A stretch of 63,376 nt of DNA, filler included, from Actinomycetota bacterium (GCA_046725875.1; 4 parts of 4 records of this genome joined end to end with filler, not necessarily neighbours in it); one strand, 5' to 3'. Positions 9,901 to 20,735 are shown, counted from the first letter of the whole stretch. Program-made: numbers and translations. The notes: generated by a model not told the origin, from the sequence alone.

Positions 9901-11061
9901 CTATACCCGCTCGAGGATGAACGCGTTGGCCATGCCGCCGCCCTCGCAGATCGTTTGCAGACCATAGCGCCCACCGGTCGCCGACAGATGGTGGACGAGC
10001 GTTGTCAGCAACTTGGTACCGGTGGCACCGAGAGGATGGCCCAGTGCGATCGCGCCACCGCACGGATTGAGCCGGTCCGGATCGCCCCCCAACTCCCGGA
10101 GCCAGATCAGCGGCACCGGCGCGAAGGCCTCGTTCACCTCGTACGCGTCGATCTGATCAAGGGTCAGCGCGGCTCGGTCGAGGACCCGCTGGGTCGCCGG
10201 GATGACACCCGTCAGCATCAAGAGCGGGTCGCTCCCCACCGCGGCGAACGAGACGAACCGAGCCCGCACCGGGAGCCCGAGTCGCTCGGCTAGCTCCGCG
10301 CTCGTGATCAGAGCGGCCGACGCGCCGTCGCTCAGCGGTGAGGAGTTACCGGCCGTGATGTGCCACCCGATCTCCCGGAACCGCTCGGCGACCGCGGCGT
10401 CGTAGAAGGCCGGCTTCAACGCGGCGAGCGTGTCCACAGTCGTGTCCGCGCGGATGGTCTCGTCCACCCGATGCCCACCGATGGGCACGATCTCCTCTTC
10501 GAACGCGACTGCTGCACCGGCCGCCAGCCGATGCGAGCGCGCGGCGTACTCGTCAAGCTCCTCCCGGGATAGCTTCCAGCGCGCAGTGATCAGCTCGGCG
10601 GAGATGCCCTGTGGGACCAGTCCCTCCGGGTAGCGCTCGCGCAGCGGTGAGTTGAGGTCGGCACCCTGAAACGACGAGAACATCGGCACCCGGCTCATCG
10701 ACTCGACGCCGCATGCAATTACGGCGTCGTATGCACCCGCGATTACACCTTGCGCAGCGAAGTGCACGGCCTGCTGACTGGATCCGCACTGCCGATCGAT
10801 GGTCGTCGCCGGGACCGTCTCCGGGAATCCAGCCGCCAGGACGGCGTTCCTGGTGACGTTGAACGCCTGCTCGCCGACCTGCGACACGCAGCCGCCGATC
10901 ACATCCTCCACTCTGGCGGGATCCAGCCCGGTCCGCTCGAGCAACGCATCGAGAACCGCTGCCAGCAACGTCACCGGATGAACGCCAGACAGCGCGGCGC
11001 CGGGCTTCCCCTTACCGGACGCAGTTCGCACCGCGTCGACAACTACAGCTTCACGAGCCAC
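9901..11061 (-). CDS. Acetyl-CoA C-acyltransferase (thiolase)
   Basis: RQCGSS, NEAFA, GGAIALGHPLGATG, CEGGG. Confidence 0.96.
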   Translation of the reverse strand: MAREAVVVDAVRTASGKGKPGAALSGVHPVTLLAAVLDALLERTGLDPARVEDVIGGCVSQVGEQAFNVTRNAVLAAGFPETVPATTIDRQCGSSQQAVHFAAQGVIAGAYDAVIACGVESMSRVPMFSSFQGADLNSPLRERYPEGLVPQGISAELITARWKLSREELDEYAARSHRLAAGAAVAFEEEIVPIGGHRVDETIRADTTVDTLAALKPAFYDAAVAERFREIGWHITAGNSSPLSDGASAALITSAELAERLGLPVRARFVSFAAVGSDPLLMLTGVIPATQRVLDRAALTLDQIDAYEVNEAFAPVPLIWLRELGGDPDRLNPCGGAIALGHPLGATGTKLLTTLVHHLSATGGRYGLQTICEGGGMANAFILERV

Positions 11062-11298
11062 ACCTCATTGTCCTCGCCAAAACGGTCATCGCCACGGTTC
11101 CTTGCCATGGCTCGGTGGAGCCGGCGGCTGACGGACCGGGAATGCGTTCCTCGGATCCCGCCCGCCTCGGATAAACTGCCGGACGTGCTTGCGGTTTAGC
11201 GACGCTGCTCCGCGGCCGGGCGGTTCCCTGCTGGTGGGAAGCGGTCGGCCGGTCGCCGCATAACTGTCGCTGGTTCCTCATTCCGGAGCACACCTCTC

Positions 11299-12897
11299 AT
11301 GATCACAGCAACCGACGTCGAGCTGCGCGTGGGCGCGCGGCAGCTGCTAGTGCCCACGTCATTTCGCGTCTCGCCGGGCGACCGGATCGGCCTGGTCGGT
11401 CGCAATGGCGCCGGCAAGACGACGTTGACCAGGGTGCTTGCGGGCGACGCGCTGCCCGCGAGTGGCAAGGTCCACCGGACGGGCTCGGTGGGCTATTTGC
11501 CCCAAGATCCGCGTACCGCGGACCTCGATCTGTTGGCGCGGGACCGCATCCTGTCCGCGCGCGGCCTCGACCAGGTCGTAAACCAGCTCCGCGCGACCGA
11601 GGCGGCGATGGCGAGCGAGGACGCCGAGACGCACGAGCGGGCGATGCGGAGGTACGCGCGGCTCGAGGCGGAGTTTCTCGCCGGTGGCGGCTACGCCGCT
11701 GAGGCGGAGGCTGCGCAGATCGCGGCGAGCCTCGGCCTGCCTGACCGGGTGCTGACGCAGCCGTTGCACACGCTGTCCGGCGGGCAGCGTCGGCGGGTCG
11801 AGCTCGCCCGCATCCTGTTCTCGGGAGCGGAGACATTGCTGCTCGACGAGCCGACCAACCACCTGGACGCGGACTCGATCGGCTGGCTGCGCGGCTTCCT
11901 GAGGTCGTTCCCCGGGGGCCTGGTCGTCATCTCCCACGACACCGGCCTGATCGAACATTGCGTGAACCGCGTCTTCCACCTCGACGCGAACCGCGCCGAG
12001 CTCGATATCTACAACGTGGGCTGGGGTACCTACCTCCAGCAGCGCGAGCAGGACGAGCGGCGGCGGCGGCGGGAACGTGCGAATGCGGCGCGGAAGGCGG
12101 CAGCCCTGATGGCGCAGGCGGACCGCATGCGTGCGAAGGCCACCAAGGCGGTCGCGGCGCACAACATGACGCGCCGTGCGGAGCGTTTGCTCGCGAGCGT
12201 GGATGGCGAGCCTGTACGGGAGAAGGTCGCGAAGTTGCGCCTCCCGAAGCCAGCGCCGTGCGGCAAGACACCGTTGACAGCGAGCGGACTGTCGAAGTCT
12301 TATGGGTCCCTGGAAGTGTTCACCGACGTGGACCTGGCGGTAGACCGCGGCGGACGGGTGGTCGTACTCGGTCTCAACGGTGCGGGCAAGACGACTTTGC
12401 TACGCATCCTCGCCGGACTTGAGCCGCCGGACACCGGAATGGTGGTGCCGGGGCACGGACTGAAGCTCGGCTACTACGCGCAGGAGCACGAGACGCTCGA
12501 ACCGGATCAGACGGTCCTGGAGAACATGCGATCGGCCGCCCCGAGCCTCTCGGATGGCGAGATCCGTACCGTCCTCGGGTCGTTCCTCTTCTCCGGCGAC
12601 GACGTGGTCAAGCCGGCCGCCGTCCTTTCCGGCGGCGAGAAGACTCGGCTCGCGCTGGCAACGTTGGTGGTGTCGAGCGCCAACGTGCTGCTGCTCGACG
12701 AGCCGACAAACAACCTCGACCCGGCGAGCCGGGCGGAGGTGCTCGCCGCGCTGCGCGGCTATCCGGGCGCCATCGTGCTCGTCACGCACGACGAGGGTGC
12801 GGTGGATGCGCTCGGGCCGGAGCGGCTGATCCTCCTTCCGGACGGTGTCGAGGATCTGTGGAGCGACGGCTACGCCGACCTCGTCGCCCTCGCCTGA
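11299..12897 (+). CDS. ABC-F family ATP-binding protein
   Basis: Two NBDs (GRNGAGKT/LSGGQ; GLNGAGKT/LSGGE), DEPTN motifs, helical linker, no TM segments. Confidence 0.95.
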   Translation: MITATDVELRVGARQLLVPTSFRVSPGDRIGLVGRNGAGKTTLTRVLAGDALPASGKVHRTGSVGYLPQDPRTADLDLLARDRILSARGLDQVVNQLRATEAAMASEDAETHERAMRRYARLEAEFLAGGGYAAEAEAAQIAASLGLPDRVLTQPLHTLSGGQRRRVELARILFSGAETLLLDEPTNHLDADSIGWLRGFLRSFPGGLVVISHDTGLIEHCVNRVFHLDANRAELDIYNVGWGTYLQQREQDERRRRRERANAARKAAALMAQADRMRAKATKAVAAHNMTRRAERLLASVDGEPVREKVAKLRLPKPAPCGKTPLTASGLSKSYGSLEVFTDVDLAVDRGGRVVVLGLNGAGKTTLLRILAGLEPPDTGMVVPGHGLKLGYYAQEHETLEPDQTVLENMRSAAPSLSDGEIRTVLGSFLFSGDDVVKPAAVLSGGEKTRLALATLVVSSANVLLLDEPTNNLDPASRAEVLAALRGYPGAIVLVTHDEGAVDALGPERLILLPDGVEDLWSDGYADLVALA

Positions 12898-12952
12898 TCG
12901 GGCGGTGCCCCGTTCTGATTGGGCGGTGCCCATCCTGATCAGGCTGGGGCGC
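12894..12952 (+). repeat. Short degenerate tandem repeat (~20-21 bp period)
   Basis: CTGATCGGGCGGTGCCC (12894), CTGATTGGGCGGTGCCC (12915), CTGATCAGGCTGGGGCGC (12935). Confidence 0.55.
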
Positions 12953-13313
12953 CGCTGCCCGGTCACATGATCAGGCGCCGCCACCGTGCCTGGCAAGCGA
13001 TGCGGGCATTGCCGCCGCTACCTGGATCTTTGGAGCTCGTTTCCAGGTACGGGCGCCATCGCCTCCCGGCGCGATCGGGTGGGGGCCGCCGTAGCCCTTA
13101 TCGACGATCAGGCCGATGTGCCGTGGCCTTCCTCCACCTCGGGGACTGGTGTGGCGGAGCCGGCGCTTCGCGAGCGGGCATTCTGTCCGATTTGAGGCGA
13201 CCTGACCTGGGCTTTCCGCGACCGTGGTCACCCATTGAGTGCAATCACTAGCCGATCAGGAAAAGATGAGTGATCATGGGTGGGAGGGAAGGATCAATAC
13301 CCGAGGAGGCACC

Positions 13314-13547
13314 GTGGTCGAGTCCCTGAAGAAGGGCAGCCGGGTCACCGGCTCCGCGCGCGAGAAGCTCGCATCTGACCTGAAGAGGAAGTACGAGGGG
13401 GGCTCGAGCATCCGCGCGCTGGCGGAGTCGACCGGGCGGTCCTACGGCTTCGTACATCGGATGCTGACCGAGGCCGGCGTGCAGCTGAGGGGGCGTGGGG
13501 GCGCCACGCGCGGGAAGAAGGCCGCCGCCGCCGCCCAATCGTCCTGA
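13314..13547 (+). CDS. Small helix-turn-helix protein (Rv1473A-like)
   Basis: RBS GAGGAGG; LKKGSRVTG...YEGGSSIRALAESTGRSYGFVHRML...LRGRGG. Confidence 0.9.
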   Translation: MVESLKKGSRVTGSAREKLASDLKRKYEGGSSIRALAESTGRSYGFVHRMLTEAGVQLRGRGGATRGKKAAAAAQSS

Positions 13548-13830
13548 CTTAGGTCTTGCCCGGGTCGATCAAGCATCGGCCCGGGCGAGGCATGAGGCGG
13601 TGCGTGCCGAAAATCTAATCCGTCTCTCCATCGGCCGTCCCGACCATGAGTTCGACTCATTGGGCCAGAGTTGTCGATCATATCGATGACAGACGAAGTC
13701 GCGACGTTACCTTCGATCTTTACCTAGTCCAGCCCGCGGCAGCCTGGCTGGTGTGATTGGTTCCTGCATGTCGTGCGCTGGTTCGGCCAGGGCGAGAACG
13801 CCGATGGCGGACCAGCCGGAAGGTGTGTCG

Positions 13831-14979
13831 GTGGATCTCACGTTGTCGGCTGAGCATCGGGCTGTGCGGGACGCGTTCCGGCGCTGGGTCGACGACGTCG
13901 TCGGTCCGTCGGCGATCGCGAACGATCGTGCGGAGCGCTTCCCGGCCGAGGCCCTGGAAGGGCTGCGATCCACTGGCTATATCGGGCTTACCGTGCCTGA
14001 GGAGTACGGAGGCAGCGGTGCCGATCCGCTGTCGTACACGTTGCTAATCGAGGAGCTGGGCCGAGGCGATGCGAACGTACGGTCCATCGTCTCCGTCCAC
14101 CTGGGCCTGGCGGCCGGCTCCATCGCCCGGTGGGGCAGGCCAGATCAGCGGGAACGCTGGCTTCCCAAGATGGCGACCGGCGAGGTGCTTGGCTGCTTCG
14201 GCTTGACCGAGCCGGAGCATGGCTCGAATCCGGCCGATCTGGCTACCAGGGCCGAGCGGATGGGCGCCGGCTGGCGGTTGACCGGTCGGAAGGTCTTCAT
14301 CACCAACGGCTCGATTGCCGGCGTTGCGCTGGTCATGGCGCGCACCGGCGGACCCGGAGCAGGTGGGATCTCGGCGTTTCTGGTGCCGACCGATCTAGCC
14401 GGATTCGCGGCGCGACCCGTCCACGGCAAGCTCGGTCTGCGGTCCTGCGACACAGCCGAGCTCGTACTCGATGGCGTCGAAATCGGACCGGACGCCCTAC
14501 TCGGACCCGAGGGCGCGGGCCTGAAGGTCGCGCTACGCGCGCTCGACGACGGGCGGATGTCGATCGCGGCGTCGAGCGTCGGCATCGGGCAGGCGGCGCT
14601 CGACGCGATGGTGGCGTACGCCAAGACCCGGGAGCAGTTCGGCAAGCCAATCGCCGGCCATCAACTCGTCGCCGAGATGATCGCAGACACCGCCGTCGAG
14701 GTCGAGGCCGCGCGGCTGCTGACGTGGCGGTGTGCCGACCTCGCCTCCCACGGCGGGGACTACCGCCTCGCGGCGTCCGCCGCGAAGCTCTACGCGACTG
14801 AAATGGCGGTTCGGGCGGCGAACAACTGCGTACAGGTGCACGGGGGATACGGCTACATCGACGACTACATCGCGGGAAAGCTGCTGCGCGACGCGCGCGT
14901 CGCCACCCTCTACGAGGGGACGTCCCAGATCCAGAAGCTGCTCATCGCCCGCGGCTTGACTGGCATCTCCGCGTTCTAG
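13831..14979 (+). CDS. Acyl-CoA dehydrogenase
   Basis: FGLTEPEHGS, GRKVFITNG, QVHGGYGY, YEGTSQIQ. Start may be 13804. Confidence 0.95.
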   Translation: MDLTLSAEHRAVRDAFRRWVDDVVGPSAIANDRAERFPAEALEGLRSTGYIGLTVPEEYGGSGADPLSYTLLIEELGRGDANVRSIVSVHLGLAAGSIARWGRPDQRERWLPKMATGEVLGCFGLTEPEHGSNPADLATRAERMGAGWRLTGRKVFITNGSIAGVALVMARTGGPGAGGISAFLVPTDLAGFAARPVHGKLGLRSCDTAELVLDGVEIGPDALLGPEGAGLKVALRALDDGRMSIAASSVGIGQAALDAMVAYAKTREQFGKPIAGHQLVAEMIADTAVEVEAARLLTWRCADLASHGGDYRLAASAAKLYATEMAVRAANNCVQVHGGYGYIDDYIAGKLLRDARVATLYEGTSQIQKLLIARGLTGISAF

Positions 14980-14987
14980 GCCGCGGT

Positions 14988-15263
14988 TCAAGCAGACGGG
15001 CGGAGCCGTTGCTCGCGCGCCGCCGGCTCCTCGTCGCCGGGCAGTAGGCGGTCCTGGGCTGGGTGCTCAACGAGGGCGAGAACCCGGCTTGCCATGAAGC
15101 GAGCCGACCGGACAGGCGTGCCGGTCCTGGTCACCTCGGTAACCTCGACGATGCCGCGCCCGGTCGAGATCTCCACCCGGCGCCCGGCCCGGGTGGCACT
15201 CACTTCGTAGGTCCTCACGTCGCCGCCGGCGTCAACGACGATCTCCACGCGATCGCCCTTCAT
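14988..15263 (-). CDS. Conserved actinobacterial hypothetical protein
   Basis: GGAGGT RBS before ATG; MKGDRVEIVVDAG...ATRAGRRVE...FMASRVLALVEHP. Confidence 0.75.
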   Translation of the reverse strand: MKGDRVEIVVDAGGDVRTYEVSATRAGRRVEISTGRGIVEVTEVTRTGTPVRSARFMASRVLALVEHPAQDRLLPGDEEPAAREQRLRPSA

Positions 15264-15358
15264 ACCTCCAGCATGCCCCGTACCAGCCCATTTCCATATG
15301 CCTAAGTGACGGAATGGGTTTCGTGGGTGACGAGACATACGGTGAAGAAGTGGCGCAC

Positions 15359-17259
15359 ATGATGTGGGGGGGCGGCGGCGGGATGTGGCGGTCCTACCGC
15401 CGGGACGAGTCTGTCGTTGCCCACAAACTGGCGCCGGGAACCGTCCGGAGGATTATCGCGTTCGCCCGACCCTATCGGGTTCAGATCGCGATCTTCCTCG
15501 TCCTGGTAATCCTCGACGCGATCCTGGTCGTGGTCACCCCGCTTCTGTTCAAGAAGATCATCGACGACGGCGTGATCCCGCAAGATCGCGGCGTCGTCAT
15601 TACCTTCGCTCTGATCACAGCGGCGGTCGCGGTCTTCGATGCGGCGCTGTCGCTGCTGCAGCGCTGGTATTCGGCCGTCGTCGGCGAGGGGCTGATCTTT
15701 GCTTTGCGCACTCGGGTCTTCGGCCACGTCCAGCGCATGCCGGTCGCGTTCTTCACCCGTACTCAAACGGGCGCGCTCATCTCACGGCTCAACAGCGACG
15801 TCATCGGTGCCCAGCAGGCCGTGACCTCCACCTTGTCCGGTGTCGTGTCGAATGTCATCAGCCTCATCCTCGTTGCCGCGGCCATGATCGTGCTGTCCTG
15901 GCAAGTGACCGTGCTGGCCGTGGTGATCCTGCCGCTGTTCCTGTTCCCGGCGAAGTACATCGGCCGACGGCTCTCCGCGCTCACCCGGGAGCAGATGCAG
16001 CTCAATGCCGCTATGAGCACCACGATGACGGAGCGGTTCAACGTCGCTGGCGCGCTACTTGTGAAGCTCTTCGGCCGGCCCACCGAGGAGGACGAGCAGT
16101 TCGCGGGGCATGCCGGCCGGGTCCGGGACATCGGCATCCGGATCGCGATGATCGGCCGGGTCTTCTTCACGGCGCTCATGCTCGTCGCCTCGCTGGCAAC
16201 CGCACTGGTCTATGGGGTTGGCGGCTTCCTCGCGATCGAGGGACAGCTGACAGTCGGTACGCTGCTCGCGCTCGCTGCGCTGCTGGGTCGCCTTTACGGG
16301 CCGTTGACCTCGCTTTCGAACGTCCGGGTCGACGTGATGACAGCGCTCGTGTCGTTCGAGCGCGTCTTCGAGGTGCTCGACCTGCCGTCAATGGTCGCCG
16401 AGGTGGAGCATCCGCGGGAGCTGCCGCGCGGTCCGCAGTCGATCGAATTCGACCACGTGACCTTCCGGTATCCAGCCGCGAGCGAGGTATCGCTCGCGTC
16501 GCTCGAGGTAGTGGCCCGGCTCGACACGACGACGCCGCAGACCGTGCTACACGATATGTCCTTCCGGGTGGAGCCCGGCCAGCTCGTGGCTCTGGTCGGC
16601 CCGTCCGGTGCGGGCAAGACGACCACGTCCGCGCTGGTGGCTCGCTTGTATGACGTCACCGGTGGCGCGGTCCGAGTCGGCAGCATCGACGTGCGCGGCC
16701 TGTCCTTCAAGTCGCTCTACCAGACCGTGGGCGTCGTGACGCAGGAGTCGCACATGTTCCACGACACGATCCGGGCGAACCTGCTCTATGCGAAGCCCAC
16801 GGCGACCGACGAAGAGCTCATGGAGGCGTGCCGGGCGGCGCAGATCTGGGATCTGGTGGCGTCGCTCAGTGACGGGCTGGACACGGTCGTCGGCGACCGC
16901 GGCTACCGCCTGTCCGGCGGCGAGAAGCAGCGGCTGGCCCTTGCCCGCATCCTGCTCAAGGCGCCGGGCGTCATCGTGCTCGACGAGGCAACCGCGCACC
17001 TCGACTCCGAGTCCGAAGCGGCAGTGCAGGCCGCGCTCGCGACCGCGCTTTCGGGCCGTACGTCGATCGTTATCGCGCATCGGCTTTCGACGATCCGCGA
17101 TGCCGACCTGATTCTCGTGCTCGACGACGGTCGCATCGTCCAGCACGGCACCCACGAGGAGCTGCTGGCTGCGGGCGGCCTCTACGCCGAGCTTTACCGA
17201 ACCCAGTTCGCCGTGTCTCCCGTACCGGACGAGGAGGAGTCGGAGATCGAGGCGCCGTC
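15359..17259 (+). CDS. ABC exporter (TMD+NBD fusion), 3' end cut by contig end
   Basis: Multi-TM N-terminal domain, GPSGAGKT, LSGGEKQR, LDEATAHLD. Confidence 0.93.
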
Positions 17260-17359
17260 NNNNNNNNNNNNNNNNNNNNNNNNNNNNNNNNNNNNNNNNN
17301 NNNTTAATTAATTAANNNNNNNNNNNNNNNNNNNNNNNNNNNNNNNNNNNNNNNNNNNN
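17260..17359. other. Artificial contig linker
   Basis: 44 N + TTAATTAATTAA (stops in all six frames) + 44 N. Confidence 0.98.
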
Positions 17360-17480
17360 ACTAATACCCGGGGTCTGCACCACCACACCGAGTGCTCCGA
17401 CAGAGACGACGCAGGCGGCGATAACGAGCGGGCTGCGTCTTCCAGCAACGAGCGTTTGCCCGAGTTGGGTCTGGAGCGAC
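17360..17480 (-). pseudogene. Fragment resembling C-terminus of CtpH/CtpI-like P-type ATPase
   Basis: TQLGQTLVAGRRSPLVIAACVVSVGALGVVVQTPGIS; no ATPase body upstream. Confidence 0.5.
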
Positions 17481-17591
17481 GCCGGATTCAGCCTGGCAAC
17501 ACGCAGCGGGCAAACCAAACTGGGCCGAGGCACCGGTACGAGCAGGCTAGGCTCTGGCCGTGTCGGTCGCGAAAGCCACTCTCGGACGCTG

Positions 17592-17939
17592 ATGGCGCGC
17601 GAGCTTGTCGTCGTCGGGCTAGGCGGCTCGGTCGCCGCGCCGTCGCGAAGTCTTGCCGCGCTCAAGCTCGCGCACGAGAGTGCCCAACAAGCGGGTGCGA
17701 CAACCGAGCTCTTTGATCTCCAGCAGGTCGACCTCCCTTTCTACGACCCCACGGCCCGACGCCCGGGTCGGGCAGCGCAACAACTCCTCGAGGCCGCTCA
17801 CCGGGCCGACGGAATGATCTGGAGCAGCCCCCTCTATCAGGGCACGATTTCGGGTCGCCCACGCGGGACACGCCTTCGAGCCGGACGGCCGGGTGAGCGA
17901 CGAGTGGGTAGGAATCTTCACAGCAGGCATCCCACCTGA
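17592..17939 (+). pseudogene. Truncated NADPH-dependent FMN reductase
   Basis: VVGLGGS...SRS, DLPFYDP, ADGMIWSSPLYQGTISG, after which similarity stops at ~17855 (about half length). Confidence 0.75.
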
Positions 17940-18065
17940 TCCGGAAGCCGAGTGTGCGAGCGCGAGCGCGAGCGTGGCCGCGGCCGGCCGCTGACGTCGG
18001 GCGACGGTTCTTGGTGCAGGGTGTCCTCTAACGAGCGCAACTGTTGGAAGGCGAACGGAGGTGCC

Positions 18066-19826
18066 GTGCGGTACGAGATCGTGGCCCAGGCGTATCAAGA
18101 GTTGGAACAGGTCACCAGTCGCCTGGCGCTCATCGACCGGATGGCGGCACTGCTCGCGGAGACGCCGCCAGACCTGCTGCCAACGGTGACCTACCTATGC
18201 CAGGGACAGATCGCGCCCGAGTTCGCCGGCGTCGACCTCGGGCTGGCTGAGAAGCTCGCCGCTCGGGGGGTGGCCGAGGCCACCGGCGCAACCACGGAGC
18301 ACGTCAACGAGGTGCTGCGGGAAACCGGCGACCTTGGCCTAACGGCCGGCCGGCTGCTCGGCGAGGCCGGCGCCACCGCACGGCCGGCCGAGCTCGACGT
18401 CAGGGTCGTGGTCGACACGCTCTACCAGATCGCAGCGGCGGCGGGTCCAGGATCACAGACTGGTAAGCTCGCTCTGCTCGTCGGGCTATTGCAGCAGGCA
18501 ACTCCGCTAGAGGCCCGCTACCTGATGCGCCTGGTTACCGGCAACCTCCGGCTCGGCGTGGGAACGCCGACGATCCTGGATGCGCTCGCCCTGGTGTATG
18601 CCGGCGGCCGCAGCGCGAGACCGATACTCGAACGCGCCTACAACATCTGCTCCGACCTTGGACTGGTCGCGACCACCCTCGTCGAGGGCGGTCTGACTGC
18701 CGTCGAGCGGCTCAACGTGCGGCCCGGGAATCCGGTCCGGCCGATGCTGGCTCAGCGGTTGTCCAGCGGGACCGAGATCCTCAGCAAGCTCGGCGGAATA
18801 TGCGCAGCGGAATACAAATACGACGGCATGCGAGTCCAGGCACATCGACTCGCCGATGGACAGCTCGAGCTGTTTACCCGCCGCCAGGAGCGCGTCTCCG
18901 GTCAGTTTCCAGACGTTGTCGACATGCTGAACGGCGGTCTGGAGCCACGCGAGGCGATCCTGGAGGGTGAGGTAGTCGCCGCAGACCCGGCCTCCGGTGA
19001 GCTTCGCCCGTTCCAGGAGGTGATGTTTCGACGCCGCAAGCACGGCATCACCGAGGCGATGCGTGATGTGCCGGTGAGCATGTTCTGTTTCGATCTGCTC
19101 TACGCAGACGGCCAGGACCTGACCCGACTGCCGTACCTGGAGCGGCGGGCACGCCTCGCCGCAGCGATCAGGTCGTCGGCCCAACTGCAACTTACGAGGG
19201 CAACCGAAGTCGCCGACGAGCCGTCTCTCGAAGCCGCCTTCGAGCAGGCGATTGCAGACGGCTGCGAGGGTCTGCTGTGCAAGTCGCTGGCGACATCGGC
19301 CGGCTACCAAGCGGGCGCCCGCGGCTGGCTATGGATCAAGCTCAAGCGCGACTACCGCACCGAACTCAGCGACACGCTCGATCTGGTCGTCGTCGGCGCT
19401 TTCTGGGGCCGCGGCCGTCGCAAGGGCATGTACGGTGCGCTGCTGCTGGCCGCGTACAACCCCGAGACCGACACGTTCCCGACCGTCTGCAAATGCGGCA
19501 CGGGGTTCAGCGACGCCGATATGGCCGCGCTACCTCATCGGCTGGCCGCCCTTGCGCGGACGGTGCGCCCGGCCCGAGTCGACGCGGGCCGTACACCCGA
19601 TGTGTGGTTCGAACCAAGCATGGTGCTCGAGGTGCTCGGCGCGGAGCTAACCCCGTCCCCCAACCACACCGCCGCCTGGGGATTGATTCGAAACGATGCC
19701 GGCCTGGCGCTGCGGTTCCCCCGTTTCACCGGTCGCTACCGCGACGACAAGGCACCCGAGGACGCGACCGCGGTCCGGGAGCTGGTCAGCCTCTACCGCA
19801 CGGCCCGGCGAACGCCAGCCGGCTAA
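18066..19826 (+). CDS. lig: ATP-dependent DNA ligase (DBD + adenylation + OB domains)
   Basis: PMLAQ, motif I EYKYDGMR, ILEGEVV, FDLLY, EGLLCK, WIKLKRDY, DLVVVGA, LRFPRF. Confidence 0.96.
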   Translation: MRYEIVAQAYQELEQVTSRLALIDRMAALLAETPPDLLPTVTYLCQGQIAPEFAGVDLGLAEKLAARGVAEATGATTEHVNEVLRETGDLGLTAGRLLGEAGATARPAELDVRVVVDTLYQIAAAAGPGSQTGKLALLVGLLQQATPLEARYLMRLVTGNLRLGVGTPTILDALALVYAGGRSARPILERAYNICSDLGLVATTLVEGGLTAVERLNVRPGNPVRPMLAQRLSSGTEILSKLGGICAAEYKYDGMRVQAHRLADGQLELFTRRQERVSGQFPDVVDMLNGGLEPREAILEGEVVAADPASGELRPFQEVMFRRRKHGITEAMRDVPVSMFCFDLLYADGQDLTRLPYLERRARLAAAIRSSAQLQLTRATEVADEPSLEAAFEQAIADGCEGLLCKSLATSAGYQAGARGWLWIKLKRDYRTELSDTLDLVVVGAFWGRGRRKGMYGALLLAAYNPETDTFPTVCKCGTGFSDADMAALPHRLAALARTVRPARVDAGRTPDVWFEPSMVLEVLGAELTPSPNHTAAWGLIRNDAGLALRFPRFTGRYRDDKAPEDATAVRELVSLYRTARRTPAG

Positions 19827-19834
19827 CGGCGCCA

Positions 19835-20509
19835 CTAGTTCGCGCGGTTTGATCCCGAGTCCTGGAGCTTGGGGGCGTAGTTTCCGAGTCCGTGTTCGAG
19901 GAGTGCCAACGCGACTTCTCCGTACGAGCCAACGGCACGAGCCAAATCGGAAGGGACCCGCTCGCCGGCGAGGATTCGATGCCGAACAAACGCGAGGACG
20001 GCCCGGTGGACGCCGATCAGGGCGTTGGCCGTGATCCACGGCCGTGGGTCGTCCTCGCCGGCTCCGGTCTCCTCCGCGATCAAACCGGTCAGGGCGTCGG
20101 TATACCGCGCCAGGACCTGTGCTTCCCGGTTGAGCAGCGCGGGACTGTTTGCGATCATTCGCGGGATGCTTGCGAGTTCCTCGGCGGCGCTGTTATCGGT
20201 GGCGGCAAGGAGGCCGCGTGGCCGGAGGATGAAGCGGCGGAAGGCGTCGAGGACGGACTCGCCCCCGGGTCGGTCGCGGATAGCTTGCAGCAGGTCCTCC
20301 TCGAATGCCTGCATGCGGCCGTAGACGAGGTCTTCCTTGGTCGGGAAGTAGTTGTAGACGGTCGCTTCGGAAACATCGGCGGACCTAGCGATCTCAGCGA
20401 CGCTGACCCGCTCGAAGCCGCGCTCGGCGAACAGGCGGCGAGCCGTCACCTCGAGTAGATCCCTCGTCTGCTGCTTCTTGCGTTCCCGCAGGCCAGGTCC
20501 AATGGTCAT
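19835..20509 (-). CDS. TetR family regulator
   Basis: GLRERKKQQTR, VAEIARSADVSEATVYNYFPTKEDL. Confidence 0.95.
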   Translation of the reverse strand: MTIGPGLRERKKQQTRDLLEVTARRLFAERGFERVSVAEIARSADVSEATVYNYFPTKEDLVYGRMQAFEEDLLQAIRDRPGGESVLDAFRRFILRPRGLLAATDNSAAEELASIPRMIANSPALLNREAQVLARYTDALTGLIAEETGAGEDDPRPWITANALIGVHRAVLAFVRHRILAGERVPSDLARAVGSYGEVALALLEHGLGNYAPKLQDSGSNRAN

Positions 20510-20735
20510 GGGCGAATCTTAGTCCAGCTTTATCGTTGCCATGAAGATAGTGGGCCTATAAACTTCAATAGCCTAAAGACAAGCATCGGCGGTGAGAACG
20601 CCAAACGGGCGCCTGCCCGGAGGGCCACGCATCCGAGGCGACCTCGGTGCGTACGAGCTCCTCGGAACGATCGGCCTCGCCGCCGACCAGTCATCTGTCT
20701 TCCTCCGCAGCCGTGGCGCCCGGTGGGCGTGAAAC

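Noticed and set aside
17304..17315. AT-rich palindrome TTAATTAATTAA as a biological site
   Set aside because: Identical in three N-flanked gaps; a synthetic six-frame stop linker.
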